From positions 7,442,001 to 7,506,000 of the forward strand of contig CM075988.1 of NCBI GenBank assembly GCA_038087875.1: a stretch of DNA of 64,000 nucleotides, given 5' to 3'. The notes under the pieces are model-generated. The model worked only from the letters and a program-made list of their open reading frames with translations, did not search any database and was not told where the DNA came from. This document shows, in pieces, positions 25,738 to 36,955 of the stretch. The DNA is from Malacoraja senta (taxonomy: Eukaryota). Positions within the stretch are counted from its first letter, which is position 1. Every line of letters starts with the position of its first letter. A program made the translations under genes and the position numbers.

Positions 25738-26012
25738 GTTAGTTTAGTTTAGAGATGCAGTGTGGAAACAGGCCTTTTGGCCCACCAGATCTGTGCCAAC
25801 CAACGATCTGTTAGTCCAGCTTTGCATCATACACAAAAGCAATTTACAGAGGCCAATTAACTTACAATCCTACACATCTTTGGGAGGAAATCTGAGCACC
25901 CAGAGAAAACCCACACGGTCACAGGAAGAACGCGCAAACGCCACACAGACAGCACCCGAGGTCAGGATCAAACCCGGTCCTCTGGCGGTGTAAGGCAGCA
26001 ACTCTACGACTG
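25738..26012 (-). mobile_element. HE1-like SINE hosting a nested insertion cluster
   Basis: aactctacgactg (26000-26012) recurs as aactctatcactg (27080-27092) beyond the cluster. Confidence 0.8.
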
Positions 26013-26043
26013 TGTAGGAAGGAACTGTAGATGCTGGTTTAAA

Positions 26044-26612
26044 GTAAAGTAAGTAAAGTAAATTTATTTATATAGCACTTTTCAATCAATTTGAATCACT
26101 GAAGCCAAAGTGCTTTACAGAGAAAATTATCCATATAATTTTTTTTTTAAATAGAGGTAGAAAAAATAAAAAGACACGACACACTATTAGAGATTCAACA
26201 CGAACATCCCCCCCACAGCAGAGTTGACACTCTCCACTGTGAGGGAAAGGCACCAAAATGTCCAGCCCTCCTCCTCGTCCACCCGAGGTCGGGGCCAATT
26301 TGAGGGCTCCGCAGCCAGTCGCCGCAACGGCAGCCCGATGTTGTAGGCCCACCCGCCGGGAAGCTGGAACACCGGCATCGGGTGGAAAGTCCTCAGCGGC
26401 TTGGAAGTGTCTGGAGCGGCCGCTCCCTCCCCGGAGACGGCGACGCCCGTAGTCTTCAGGCCGCGCCGGTTGGAGCTTCGACTCTGACTCCCGCGGTGGT
26501 TTTCGTTCCAGCGCCGCCCGCCCGCGGCGGGATGCCCTCAGACCGCAGACCACAGACCGCAGACTGCGGCTGCTCGATGTTGGTGGTCGGCGGTCACAGC
26601 ACTCCGGAGTGG
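26044..26612 (-). mobile_element. GC-rich non-coding retroposon with L2-type 3' tail
   Basis: Minus-strand end ctgtaaagcactttgg...aaaagtgctatataaataaattt(acttt)n; second copy at 55606-55982. Confidence 0.65.
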
Positions 26613-26658
26613 CGAAGATAGATACAAAACCGAAGATAGATACAAAAAGCTGGAGTAA

Positions 26659-26973
26659 TGGGGCTGTCCCACTGTACGAGCTAATTCAAGAGTTCTCCTG
26701 AGTTTCCCCTGATTCGAACTCGGAGAATTACGGTAATAGCCGCTTGTAGGTACTCGGGGCTCTCGTGGACATTTTTCAACATGTTGAAAAATCTTCACGA
26801 GTCTTCACAAGCTTACCGCGTTTCCCAAGTACCTGCCGTTAGCGTTACGAGCCGCTAAGAGAGGTCCCGAGCTCTGACGTACCCGCTACGTACATTCTAC
26901 GTGCTTACCACGAGTTTGATTTTTTTTTTCTCGGGAGAGCTCTTGAATTAGCTCATACAGTGGGACAGCCGCT
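26659..26973. mobile_element. PIF/Harbinger-type MITE
   Basis: TIR ggggctgtcccactgtacgagctaattcaagag / ctcttgaattagctcatacagtgggacagccgc; TAA at 26656-26658 and 26974-26976. Confidence 0.82.
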
Positions 26974-27496
26974 TAATTCAGCGGGACAGGCAGCATCTCT
27001 GGAGAGAAGGAATGGGTGATGTTTCGGGTCGAGACCCAAGGGTCTCGACCCGAAACATCACCCATTCCTTTTCTCCAGAAACTCTATCACTGGGTATGTA
27101 CAGTGCTTATGTTGTATTTGCAATCTGCTGCTGAATTTAGAAACATATCAGCTATCATTCAGAGTATTCAACTGATCTAAAAATACTGCTGCACTTCGTT
27201 GAAGAGAAAGGTTCTCATTTATCCCCTAATCAATGGTGCAGATGTTATCAGCTCACTCTTGCATTGTTGCTAGTGTGTAGTTGCTGTGTGTGAATTGACT
27301 GGCTTGTTTTTTTCTATTATGGTCAAACACACGGGTTTCTCACAGTTATGCGATACAAGTTCTTTCTTTGGTCAATTGATTTGAAAGGAGCCAAAATACA
27401 AAATTTCACAAATTCAAACAAGTGTCATAAGAGTTTTTATTGTTATGTCCCCCGAAACAGAACAATCTTACGTGCACCATAACAGGTTTGTAAACA

Positions 27497-27629
27497 GACT
27501 GAAGAAGGGTCTCGACCTGAAACGTCAGCCATTCCTTCTCTCCTGAGATGTTGCCTGTCCCGCTGAATTACTCCAGCATTTTGTGTCTATCTTTGATTTA
27601 AACCAGCATCTGCAGTTCTTTCTAACACA
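27497..27629 (+). mobile_element. Mini-PLE single arm with hammerhead motif at 27499-27526
   Basis: CTGAAGAagggtctcgacctGAAAcGTC followed by the family body. Confidence 0.8.
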
Positions 27630-27631
27630 CA

Positions 27632-28110
27632 GTGTTTGATAGCCTGATGGTTGTTGAGAAGATGCTGTTCTTGAACCTGGACATAACAGGCAGGCTCCTA
27701 TATCCTCTTTCCGATGGAAGGAGTGAAATGAGCGCATGGCCAGGGTGATGTGGGTTCTTGATGATGTTGGCTGCCTTTTTGAGGCAGGGCCTTCGATGGT
27801 GGGGAGGTCAGTACCCATGGTGGACAGGGTAATGTTCACCGCTTTTTGTTATCTCCTTTGTCCCTGAGAGTTCGAGTTGCCGAACCAGACTGTGATGCAA
27901 CCCGTCAATGTGCTCCCACCCGTACATCTGTTGAAGTTCAGGAGTATTCGTTGTTATACCGAATCTCCTCAATCTTCAAAGGAAGCAGAGGTGTTTACGA
28001 TTGCATCAATGTGCTGCGTCCAGGGCAGATCTTCAGAGATATGCATGCCCAGGAACTTGTTGAACCTCTCCACCTCTGACCCGTCAATGAAGAGAGGTTT
28101 GTGGATCCTC
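27632..28110 (-). mobile_element. Rex1/Babar-like LINE fragment (RT C-terminal region)
   Basis: Broken minus frames resembling KFLGMHISEDL.WTQHIDAI and HP.H.L..L.PS.R.Y....SRFKNS. Confidence 0.65.
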
Positions 28111-28235
28111 AACAGACAGAATAGTCGAGCATGGCCTGCTCTTGAGAAGTCAGGGCTGGTTCACCACTTTCCACACTTTTGGATGGAAACTCCCGGGAAT
28201 GTATTATTCTTTCAGCTGATAGTTACTTTCTGCTT

Positions 28236-28343
28236 ACACAAAAATGCTGGAGAAACTCAGCGGGTGCAGCAGCATCTATGGAGCAAAGGAAATAGGTAAC
28301 GTGTCGGGCCGAAACCCTTCTTCAGACAGGGTTTGTTACATTT
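28236..28343 (-). mobile_element. Solo PLE terminal repeat, same subtype as 35143-35240
   Basis: Diagnostic catctatggagc.aaggaaataggtaa; 14-bp duplication gttactttctgctt at 28222-28235 and 28344-28357. Confidence 0.8.
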
Positions 28344-28709
28344 GTTACTTTCTGCTTGTTTTGTTGCATTAATTATGGTGATTTCCACTTTCCTGTTTCG
28401 GTATTCACATTCTTCTATCTTCTCTTATAAGAAAATAAAACATTCAACGCCCATTATTAAATCTCCCATTTAAATTATGACCATTATTATTTTCAAGGGG
28501 TCCACAGTACTTGTGACTATCTTTCCCTTAATTACAACAAAACATTTATTTCTATTCATACTCACTTTCAGTGGCACTTACCATCTATTTAATCATCTTT
28601 TGCTGTTCTTTGTTTTTCTACCACACACCAGGTTTTATGATAGTTTTTGCCTTTGGTTCTTAATCTGTTATCTATTTCTAAGTTCTCCCCATTTTGCTTA
28701 TTTCTGTAG

Positions 28710-29002
28710 TTTAGTTTAGTTTAGAGATACAGCACGGAACCTGGCCCTTCAGCCCACCGAGTCGACACACGAACACCATCCTACATATCCTACATACACT
28801 AGGGACAATTTATAATTTTACCAATTATGCCTACAAACCTGTACGTCTTTGGAGTGTGGTAGGAAACCGGAGCTCCCGGAGAAAACCCATGCGGTCACGG
28901 GGAGAACGTACAATCTGTATACAGACAGTACCCAAAGTCAGGATCGAACCCGGGTCTGGCGCTGTAAGGCAGCAACTCTACCACTGCGCCACTGTGCTGC
29001 CC
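28710..29002 (-). mobile_element. HE1-like SINE
   Basis: Reverse complement of consensus with (tttag)n tail. Confidence 0.85.
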
Positions 29003-29394
29003 TTTCTTCTTGAATCTTTTGTTGTAAAAATAATAATAATAATAATACACTTTATTGTCATTGTAAACACATACAACAACATTTCAGGCCCGCTGCCCGA
29101 GCGGAGCTCCAACGTATCAGATAAATAATAACGACAATGGAAATAACAAAAACGGCAAGAAAAACGTCAAGTTAGAATGTGCAATATTTCACAATATTTT
29201 GTCAATAATTAAATGCCATCTCCTCTTCCTTCACTGTTTGCTCAATCTTTTCTCTCTTCATTATAATCTGGTTAATTTAGTTTCCAGACCTGATAATATT
29301 ACATTTATATTTCAATAAAGTCTAATAGATTGAAAGTACCACTGCATTTCATTCAATTGGATTACTGATTGATTGATTGGTTGGTTGATTGCTT

Positions 29395-29682
29395 GAAAGA
29401 TACACTGTGTGAAAAGATAGATTTTCACCCATCGGGCCCCACGCCGAACATCGATCACCCATTCGTACTAATCCTATGTCATCCCATTTTCGCATCCACT
29501 CCCGGCACATTAGGGGAAATTTACACAGGCCAATCAACAAACCTGTGCGTCCTTTGGGTGGGAGGAAACCAGATCACCTGGAGGTGATCACGTGGTCACA
29601 GGGAGAACGTGCAAACTCCACACAGCCAGCACCCAAGGTCAGGAGTGAACCCGAGTCTCTGGCGCTATGAGGCAGCAGCTCT
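29395..29682 (-). mobile_element. HE1-like SINE (older subfamily)
   Basis: Reverse-complement core and head. Confidence 0.75.
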
Positions 29683-30319
29683 TGTACCCTATGGTTTGTA
29701 TTCCCATAGGGAATATGCTGCTATAATATATATGAATATAGGGAATTACCTATAGGGAATATAGAGAACATATAGTATATGCTTCTCTGATGTACAACAC
29801 TAAATTATTTTTAATTATTTTGAGGTGGGATCTGGGCATTATTTCCTGTGCCTAATTGCCCTTGGGAAGGTGGCATTGGGTTACCATGTTGAACCACTGC
29901 ACTCCCCCTGTACGGTTGTTAACACAACAGAGTCATGCAGTGGTTAAGTTACTAGTCTAGCAGCCTGTAACATGAATTTGAATCCCACCATGACAGCTGT
30001 GGAATTTAAATTTGGATAACTAAAAAAATCTTTAAAAAATCTGTTATTAAAGCCAGTCTCAGTAATGTTACGCATAAAGCTCTTGCATTTTTTATTTTTA
30101 AAAAACTGATGTGGTGCAGACTATTGTCTTTTGGGAAATGATCTCTGTCAACCTTAGCTGATTTGGACAATATCTGACTCTAGTCTCATGAATGTGTTTG
30201 ATTCTTGAATGTTTCTTGGCTTTCATTCATATGCTACTGGAATGAATGTTGGTTAGCTATGGCCATTGTGGGAGCAAGACTGTACCTATTTTGTCCTTGC
30301 CTGTCACCTTCATATATTG

Positions 30320-30744
30320 GGTAGGAAGGAACTGCAGATGCAGGTTTAAACCGAAGATAGACACAAAATGCTGGAGTAACTCAGCTGGACAGGCAGCCTC
30401 TCTGGAGAGAAGGAATGGGTGACGTTTTGGGTTGAGACCCTTCTTCAGACTGAATAAAGGGCCTGTCCCACTTTCACGACTTAATTCTTTCATCCCGACC
30501 ATTTTTTTACTCGTGGACATTTTTTATCGGGCTGAAAAAAATTAGCCCCGACTTACCTGATGCCACGAGTACCTACGGCTAGCATAACGAGCTGCTACGA
30601 TATATCTACGAACTCGTAATACCTCCTACGGACTCGTTACGAACATTCTGCGAGTTTGAATCAGGGGAAAACTCGGGAGAATTCTGAATTACCTTGTGAA
30701 AGTGGGACAGGCCCTTAAGGGTCTGTCCTGCTGAGTTACTCCAG
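30320..30744. mobile_element. Mini-PLE palindrome interrupted by a MITE
   Basis: 12-bp duplication cttcatatattg at 30308-30319 and 30745-30756. Confidence 0.8.
30458..30715. mobile_element. PIF/Harbinger-type MITE
   Basis: Perfect 20-bp TIR agggcctgtcccactttcac / gtgaaagtgggacaggccct; TAA at 30455-30457 and 30716-30718; internal blocks shared with 26659-26973. Confidence 0.85.
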
Positions 30745-30847
30745 CTTCATATATTGTTATTGGTTTATTATTTTCACATGAACTGAGATACGGCGAAAGG
30801 TTATTTTTTTTACTGCAACTCAGTAACACTTGCCTGTTAACTGCATA

Positions 30848-31315
30848 TCTCTATAATATTAAAACTCTTCGTCTTGTGTGTGGCTGTGTGCGAGTGTGTG
30901 TGTGTCAAACTGGTTAATTTTCCTATTTTCCTATTTCTTTCCAAACGCTAGGCCACAGCCTTCCCATTTTCACACATTCTACTCACATTTTTCCCGTCGA
31001 GGCGATAAACATCTTCGCGTTGCATTCCCGCCTATATTTCAAAACTTTTTAATTGTTTAAAGTTTTAAGAACAGCCCGAAAACTCACCCATTTCGGAAAA
31101 AAACAACAAGTGACGTCACAATGCAATCACAAGGCAGGACGGGACACTCCGGGGGGGAGGGGCACTCCAGTGCTCGCGTGGCGCCCACGTCCGATGCCCG
31201 TTGGGGAGGGTGGTGCTGGAGCTGGAGTGAGGGCCAAGCCCGGGGCTTGGGATGGGGCCATGACCCGGGCCGAGAAAGAAGCCGCCGGTGGAACCAAGGA
31301 CGAGCCTGGGTCCAG
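30848..31315 (+). mobile_element. Probable non-autonomous Helitron 5' part running into the gap
   Basis: a|TCTCTATAATATTAAAACTC resembles the 5' end of the 36956-38313 Helitron (a|TCTATATTACTAAAAGTC); 3' end not visible. Confidence 0.45.
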
Positions 31316-31515
31316 NNNNNNNNNNNNNNNNNNNNNNNNNNNNNNNNNNNNNNNNNNNNNNNNNNNNNNNNNNNNNNNNNNNNNNNNNNNNNNNNNNNNN
31401 NNNNNNNNNNNNNNNNNNNNNNNNNNNNNNNNNNNNNNNNNNNNNNNNNNNNNNNNNNNNNNNNNNNNNNNNNNNNNNNNNNNNNNNNNNNNNNNNNNNN
31501 NNNNNNNNNNNNNNN
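31316..31515. other. Assembly gap (200 N)
   Basis: Run of N. Confidence 1.
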
Positions 31516-31519
31516 GTCA

Positions 31520-32110
31520 GTATAGTCTTAAATGTAGAAGAGCATGCGATTGCGTGGGCAATGAAATTTAATGTAGTGTGAAATTATGCATTTTGGCAGA
31601 AAAACTAAGGAGAGATGACATAAACTGAATGGCAAAGTTCTAAGTATACGTAGCAACAGAGGGGCCTGGGTGTGTTTGTTTAGATTCTTGAAATGGGGAG
31701 GGCATGTTGAGAGATTAAAAGCAAATGGGATCAATGGGACTGATAAACAGAGACTGGGAATGCAGGAAAGTTGTGTTAAACCAGAATGATTGGAACAACT
31801 AAAGCATCATGTTCAATTCTGGTCAGTCAACTTTAAGTTTGGGGTCCAAGACTGCAGAAAAGATTTTGCAAAAGATTCTGTGGCTGATAAAATATGTTTT
31901 GAACTGGAGAAGCTATGGTTCTCCTTAGAGTGAAAAAAATGGTGTCGAGATTTGATGCGGGGTGTATAAGATCAATTTAAGTTAGCTAAGGTAAAGTAAA
32001 TACAAATGTTGTTCCCATTAGCAGGTGGTGGAAGGTTTAAAAGGGCGCATTTACGATTTTGAGAGAAAAAACTGCAAGGGGATGGTGAAGCATAACTTTT
32101 TTTCTGCAGA
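31520..32110 (+). mobile_element. Very old CR1-type LINE fragment
   Basis: Remnants of W.MKFNV..CEIMHFGRK and VQFWS motifs. Confidence 0.6.
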
Positions 32111-32772
32111 GATCACTTATGACTTGAATCTCCTTGCATGAAACAATCGATCAGGAATTTTGGAAGTGATGTGGAGGGTGTTTGGGAGAGAGAGAGTGAT
32201 TTGGCAGTGCAGGAAGAAAGGGCAGGAAATGTGACTGGAATTGCTCTCCCTGGTGCTGGCATGGTCTCGATTTGGCCGAGAGTCTGCTTCCTATATGACA
32301 ATAAAAGATCCTCGTCTCTAGATTCAACGCTCGACACATCAACTCCTTCCAAACCCTTCTCCATTCACGTGCTGCACTGTGTGACTTGCACATCTGTTCC
32401 CAAGGTGCTTCATTCATTATCTTGCTGTTTTTAATTTGTGTATCTATAAACCTTAACCCGGCCAACAACTCTCGACTTACTTGCCTAATAAATTACTGTT
32501 CTTCCGGTAGTTCAATTGTGAATTCATCTCTCGTCACCCATTGCTCTCTAGCATTAAGCCAGACCTTAAGCCTTTCCCTTTCAGCCTTGCTCACTTATTT
32601 AAGTCCCTACTTAACAAAATCAAGCCTCTTTTCAACTTTGTGCATAGTTTTGTGGAACTTGACTCCGCAAAGTGCTTTTATACTTTATAGTTCGGGCTGT
32701 TACGTAAATATTGTTCAGTCTAATTTTCACCCATAAATCATCTGTCAGTATTCTAATGTTCATTGATTTCTG

Positions 32773-33010
32773 GGATAGACACAAAAAGCTGGAGTAAATC
32801 AGCGGGACAGGCAGCATCTCTGGAGAGAAGGAATGGGTGACGTTTCGGGTCGAGACCCTTCTTCAGACCCTTCTCCAGTCTGAACAAGGGTCTCGACCCG
32901 AAACGTCACCCATTCCTTCTCTCCAGAGATGCTGCCTGTCCCGCTGAGTTACTCCAGCATTTTGTGTCTACGGTTTAAACCAGCATCTGCATTTCCCTTC
33001 CAACACATAA
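32773..33010. mobile_element. Young, near-perfect palindromic mini-PLE
   Basis: About 90-bp inverted arms nearly identical; tgatttctg on both sides (32764-32772, 33011-33019). Confidence 0.85.
32835..32870 (-). ncRNA. Minimal type I hammerhead ribozyme motif, intact core
   Basis: Minus strand gggt-CTGAAGA-a-gggtc tc gaccc-GAAA-cGTC-accc: 4-bp helix I, helix II, palindromic ACGT in place of helix III. Confidence 0.7.
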
Positions 33011-33354
33011 TGATTTCTGAGAGTTGATCTTTGTATCAATCTCATGACATAAAGTGAGACTCAATCTTCTCAGGGCTGTATTAGTCGAACACCCAAAGTG
33101 TTGTTGCTAAGGAACCATTATTCACTTTTACCTAGACAGGGCAGTCTAGACAGTGATACCCCAATGTTTTCTCTTTCTAGCTGCATTGAAGCCATGTTAT
33201 CTAGTGGCATGGTACTCCTAGTACTGAGTTAAAAGTATTGGTCAAAGCCCAGCCAATTTCTCCTATGTTTCGGGCAATTAAATTGCTTGGCTGTTGAGTA
33301 AAGGATAATCTTGCTGGGAGTGGTGCACTGTGTTGGTTCAGCTGGCAGCACACA

Positions 33355-33630
33355 GACTTTAGAGACACAGCATGGAAACAGGCCATTCGGCCCACACCAA
33401 ATCCACACCACTAGTACTATCCTACACACTTGGGACAATTTACGATTTTATCAAAGCCAATTGATCTACAAACCTTTGTCTTTGGAGCCTGGGAGGAAAC
33501 CAGAGCACACGGACAAAACCCATGGTGTCACAGGGAGAGCGTACAAACTCCACACATAGCACCCGTGGTCGGGATTGAACCCGGATCTCTGACGCTGCAA
33601 GGCAGAAAACTACCGCTGTGCCACCATGCC
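33355..33630 (-). mobile_element. HE1-like SINE
   Basis: Reverse complement of consensus. Confidence 0.8.
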
Positions 33631-34714
33631 ACTTGGACTCAAAAGATACACTCGAGAGACTTGTGTGGATACATCCTGTTAATCAAATATCCAGGCCCAC
33701 AAAATGGTGGATGTGTAGATTACTAAGGAGGTGCTGTACTGCTGAAGGTATAATCTTTTTGGATGGGATGTTACACTGAGACTCTATCAGTCATCTTGGG
33801 CGATTGTGAGTAATTCTGTGGTACTGTCGCAAGGAATAGCGGGGACTTCTCCCCCATCGCGGTTTTGTCCTGCATAAATCTCTCAGTATTTAAAAACTAT
33901 CAATTATTTATTTGTCTTGTTTGTGGTTTTGTACAAATTGATCTCTGAGGTTCTTGAATCATTGTGACGAGAACCGTTCTCAAGTATTCCACCCTTTTTT
34001 TGTGCGAGGACTTCCTGAGATTACACACGGTGATTACAAAAGGTGGTCTGAAGAAGAGTTCTGACACGAAAATTCACCTCTTCCTTTTTCTCCAGAAATG
34101 CAGCCTGACCCGTTGAGTTGCTCCAGCACCTTGTGTCTATCTGCTCTTAACATGGGTTCCTTGCACGAATGGAGACTGGCCAATTCACCAAGGAACCCAT
34201 GTTTAGAGCAGATAGACAATTCAAGGTCTGTCGGTTGAAGCAGGTCTGAAGAGGTCGTGTCCCTTGGATGTGCGCCCCCACCTGCCCAAACCTCTTGCAA
34301 TTCTATGCATAGGAACCAAAGCCCAATGTGCAAGGACAATTAAACTACCCCACAATCATTGTAAGTGGGTGTTGACAATCAAGTGAGTTGCCATTTCCAA
34401 CCATCTGTTAATAATTATCTTTGCAATTACAAGCTATGGAAGGAGACCTCCTGAGAAAGTGGCACTGGATTTGAGCAACAGATGTTTATACAACAAGGCC
34501 ATCAGGTCTCCATGTGATGGCGTCAATTATGGCCGACCCGAGTGACCTGCTCAATCAATCCTCCCTTGGTTTTATTTATGGATTTCCCTGATTCAAAATG
34601 TCAGCTTGATGTGATGACTAAATTCAGACATTGACACTGCTCCTTTCTCCTTAAGGCAGCTGCGGATAGATGTGCGCTGTGAATGCAGTCTGAAAGTGTT
34701 TATCCAAGTGTTTA

Positions 34715-35240
34715 TTCCAGGTGCGGCAGAGGTTCACCTGCACCTCCTCCAACCTCATCTGTTGCATCCGCTGCTCTAGATGTCAGCTGCTCTACATCGG
34801 TGAGACCAAGCGTAGGCTTGGCGATCGCTTCGCCCAACACCTCCGCTCGGTTCGCAATAACCAACCTGATCTCCCGATGGCTCAGCACTTCAACTCCCCC
34901 TCCCATTCCGAATCCGACCTTTCTGTCCTAGGCCTGCTCCATGGCCAGAGTGAGGACCACCATAAATTGGAGGAGCAGCACCTCATATTTCGCTTGGGCA
35001 GTTTGCACCCCAGCGGTATGAACATTGACTTCTCTAATTTCAGGTAGTCCCTACTTTCTCCTCACCCTCTCAGCTCTTCCTCAGCCCACTGGCTCCACCT
35101 CTTCCTTTCTTCTTCCCGCCCCCCTCCCACCCACCCACACATTAGTCTGAAGAAGGGTTTCGACCCAAAACTTTACCTATTTCCTTCGCTCCATAGATGC
35201 TGCTTTACCCGCTGAGTTTCTCCAGCGCTTTTGTCTACCT
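34715..35240 (+). mobile_element. Penelope-like element 3' fragment: GIY-YIG endonuclease (to stop at 35047) plus terminal repeat
   Basis: FTCTSSNLICCIRCSRCQLLYIGETKRRLGDRFAQH...AQHFNSPSH...KLEEQHLI...GMN; then ctgaagaagggtttcgaccc...gatgctgc...gctgagtttctccagc; tttatcca at 34699-34706 and 35241-35248. Confidence 0.9.
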
Positions 35241-36432
35241 TTTATCCATGAACTCATGTGTTCATAAAAACGCACCTGCCAGATACTTGATGAAGTTGTG
35301 GGAATACATTTTTTAAACTATGTAAGCTTTTGTTTCCGAGAGATCCACTCCAGGCTTGATATGTCTGCTTTCGTATACTCCTGGAGCTTTGATCTGATGT
35401 CTTGCAGCCTGCTACTATTCCCACATGCACGCAGAGACTTTTCCCCCCATCTCCAGAACTCTCTCAGCTGATAAGCAAGATTGCGGGAAGTAAATAATAC
35501 TTTGATAAGGCTGCTGTGATTTCTATTCGAGTTGATCGCGGTAGTGCGCTGGAGATCAACATTTAATTCCTAGAGATTTCCGGATAATCATGCAGACTAT
35601 CAGGGGATTGCCATCTATATCTCTCCCAGCAAGATGCTTCAATCCACATGCAGGGTTGAATTTCCACATCAGGTAACCGCTGTTAAACTGTGGGAATACT
35701 GAATGCCTTAAAGGGGAAAGGAGAAGCATATGCCTGTGTTTTCACACAGAGGAACTTCAATCACCAAGAATTTCAGGCTTGGATTCTAGTCTGCATTTAG
35801 AGACAAATAGAACTTGGATTCTAGCCCGCATTGATGGACACATAGAATACAGTGGGAGCAAGAGCTAGAATAAGAGTTGGAAAGAGAGGAAGACTGATCA
35901 GCATTCTTTCTCCAGAATGCAGTACATTTACTCTGCCTGATTACTGAGGGTATATGGATGGATGTTGGGTGGAAATGCAGATTCTTGATTAGTAAGGGTT
36001 TCAAAGGTTATGGGGAGAAGGCAGGGAATGGGGTTGAGAGGGAAAGATAGATCAGCCATGATTGAATGGCTGAGTAGACTTGATGGGTTGAATGGCCTAA
36101 TTCTGGTCCTGTGACTTATGAAGGTTGGCTTTAACTGATGTTCCACAATGGATGGACAACCACTGATATTGACAAATAAGATGATTCGCATTTTGGACAT
36201 TATGGTATCCAACTTCTCCAACTTCTAGATGAGGAATCTGCAGTGAAATCTCTGATTCTGCAACAGTGCACACAACAGTATAAATGGTAAGAATTTTATT
36301 GTGAATGGTTATTAAGGATTGTTTTTTTTTTTGATACATTGCTTCGTCTTCATATAGATGACTGCAATTCCAATTCTGTGGTTTGGAGGAACTCCTGAAG
36401 TGCTTTTATTTATCTGGGTGCTTTTTATTGGT

Positions 36433-36635
36433 AAGAAAGAACTGCAGATGCTGGTTTAAATTGAAGGTAGACAAATGCTGGACGACCAGCGGGTGAGGCA
36501 ACATCTCTGGAGAGAAGGAATGGGCGACGTTTCGGGTCTGAAGAAGGGTCTCGACCCGAAACGTCACCCATTCCTTCTCTCCAGTGATGCTGCCTCTCCC
36601 GCTGAGTTACTCCAACATTTTGTGTCTACCTTTGG
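36433..36635. mobile_element. Palindromic mini-PLE
   Basis: 11-bp duplication tttttattggt at 36422-36432 and 36636-36646. Confidence 0.82.
36534..36569 (+). ncRNA. Minimal type I hammerhead ribozyme motif, intact core; predicted cleavage after 36565
   Basis: gggt-CTGAAGA-a-gggtc tc gaccc-GAAA-cGTC-accc. Confidence 0.7.
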
Positions 36636-36955
36636 TTTTTATTGGTGTTCCTTGGACTTGGAACATGGTCCATATAACAGTACAACACAGCAACTATATC
36701 TGTACTCAACAGTATGTCAAGTTAAAGTAATCATCTCTGCCTGCACATGATCCAGATTCCTCCACCCCATGTATGTCTGTGCCTATCTAAAAAACATTTA
36801 AATGCCACAATCATATCTGCCTCCCCCACCACCCTCAGTATGTAAACAAAAAAAATTGCCCTGTACATCTCCTTCATACTTTGCCCCTCTCACCTAAAAG
36901 CTCTGCCATTGTATAAATTGCTATGCCATTGTATTGAACTTGCATTTATAGAGAA

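Noticed and set aside
26086..26621. CpG-island promoter or Arg/Pro-rich ORFs
   Set aside because: The GC-rich block is a repeat with a second copy at 55606-55982.
31053..31581. ORFs spanning 31.0-31.6 kb
   Set aside because: Open only because they cross the 200-N gap.
32773..33010. Reading the palindromes as classical MITEs or pre-miRNAs
   Set aside because: Variable long TSDs, asymmetric arms, solo arms and homology to a PLE terminus argue against a DNA-transposon MITE; high copy number argues against miRNA genes.
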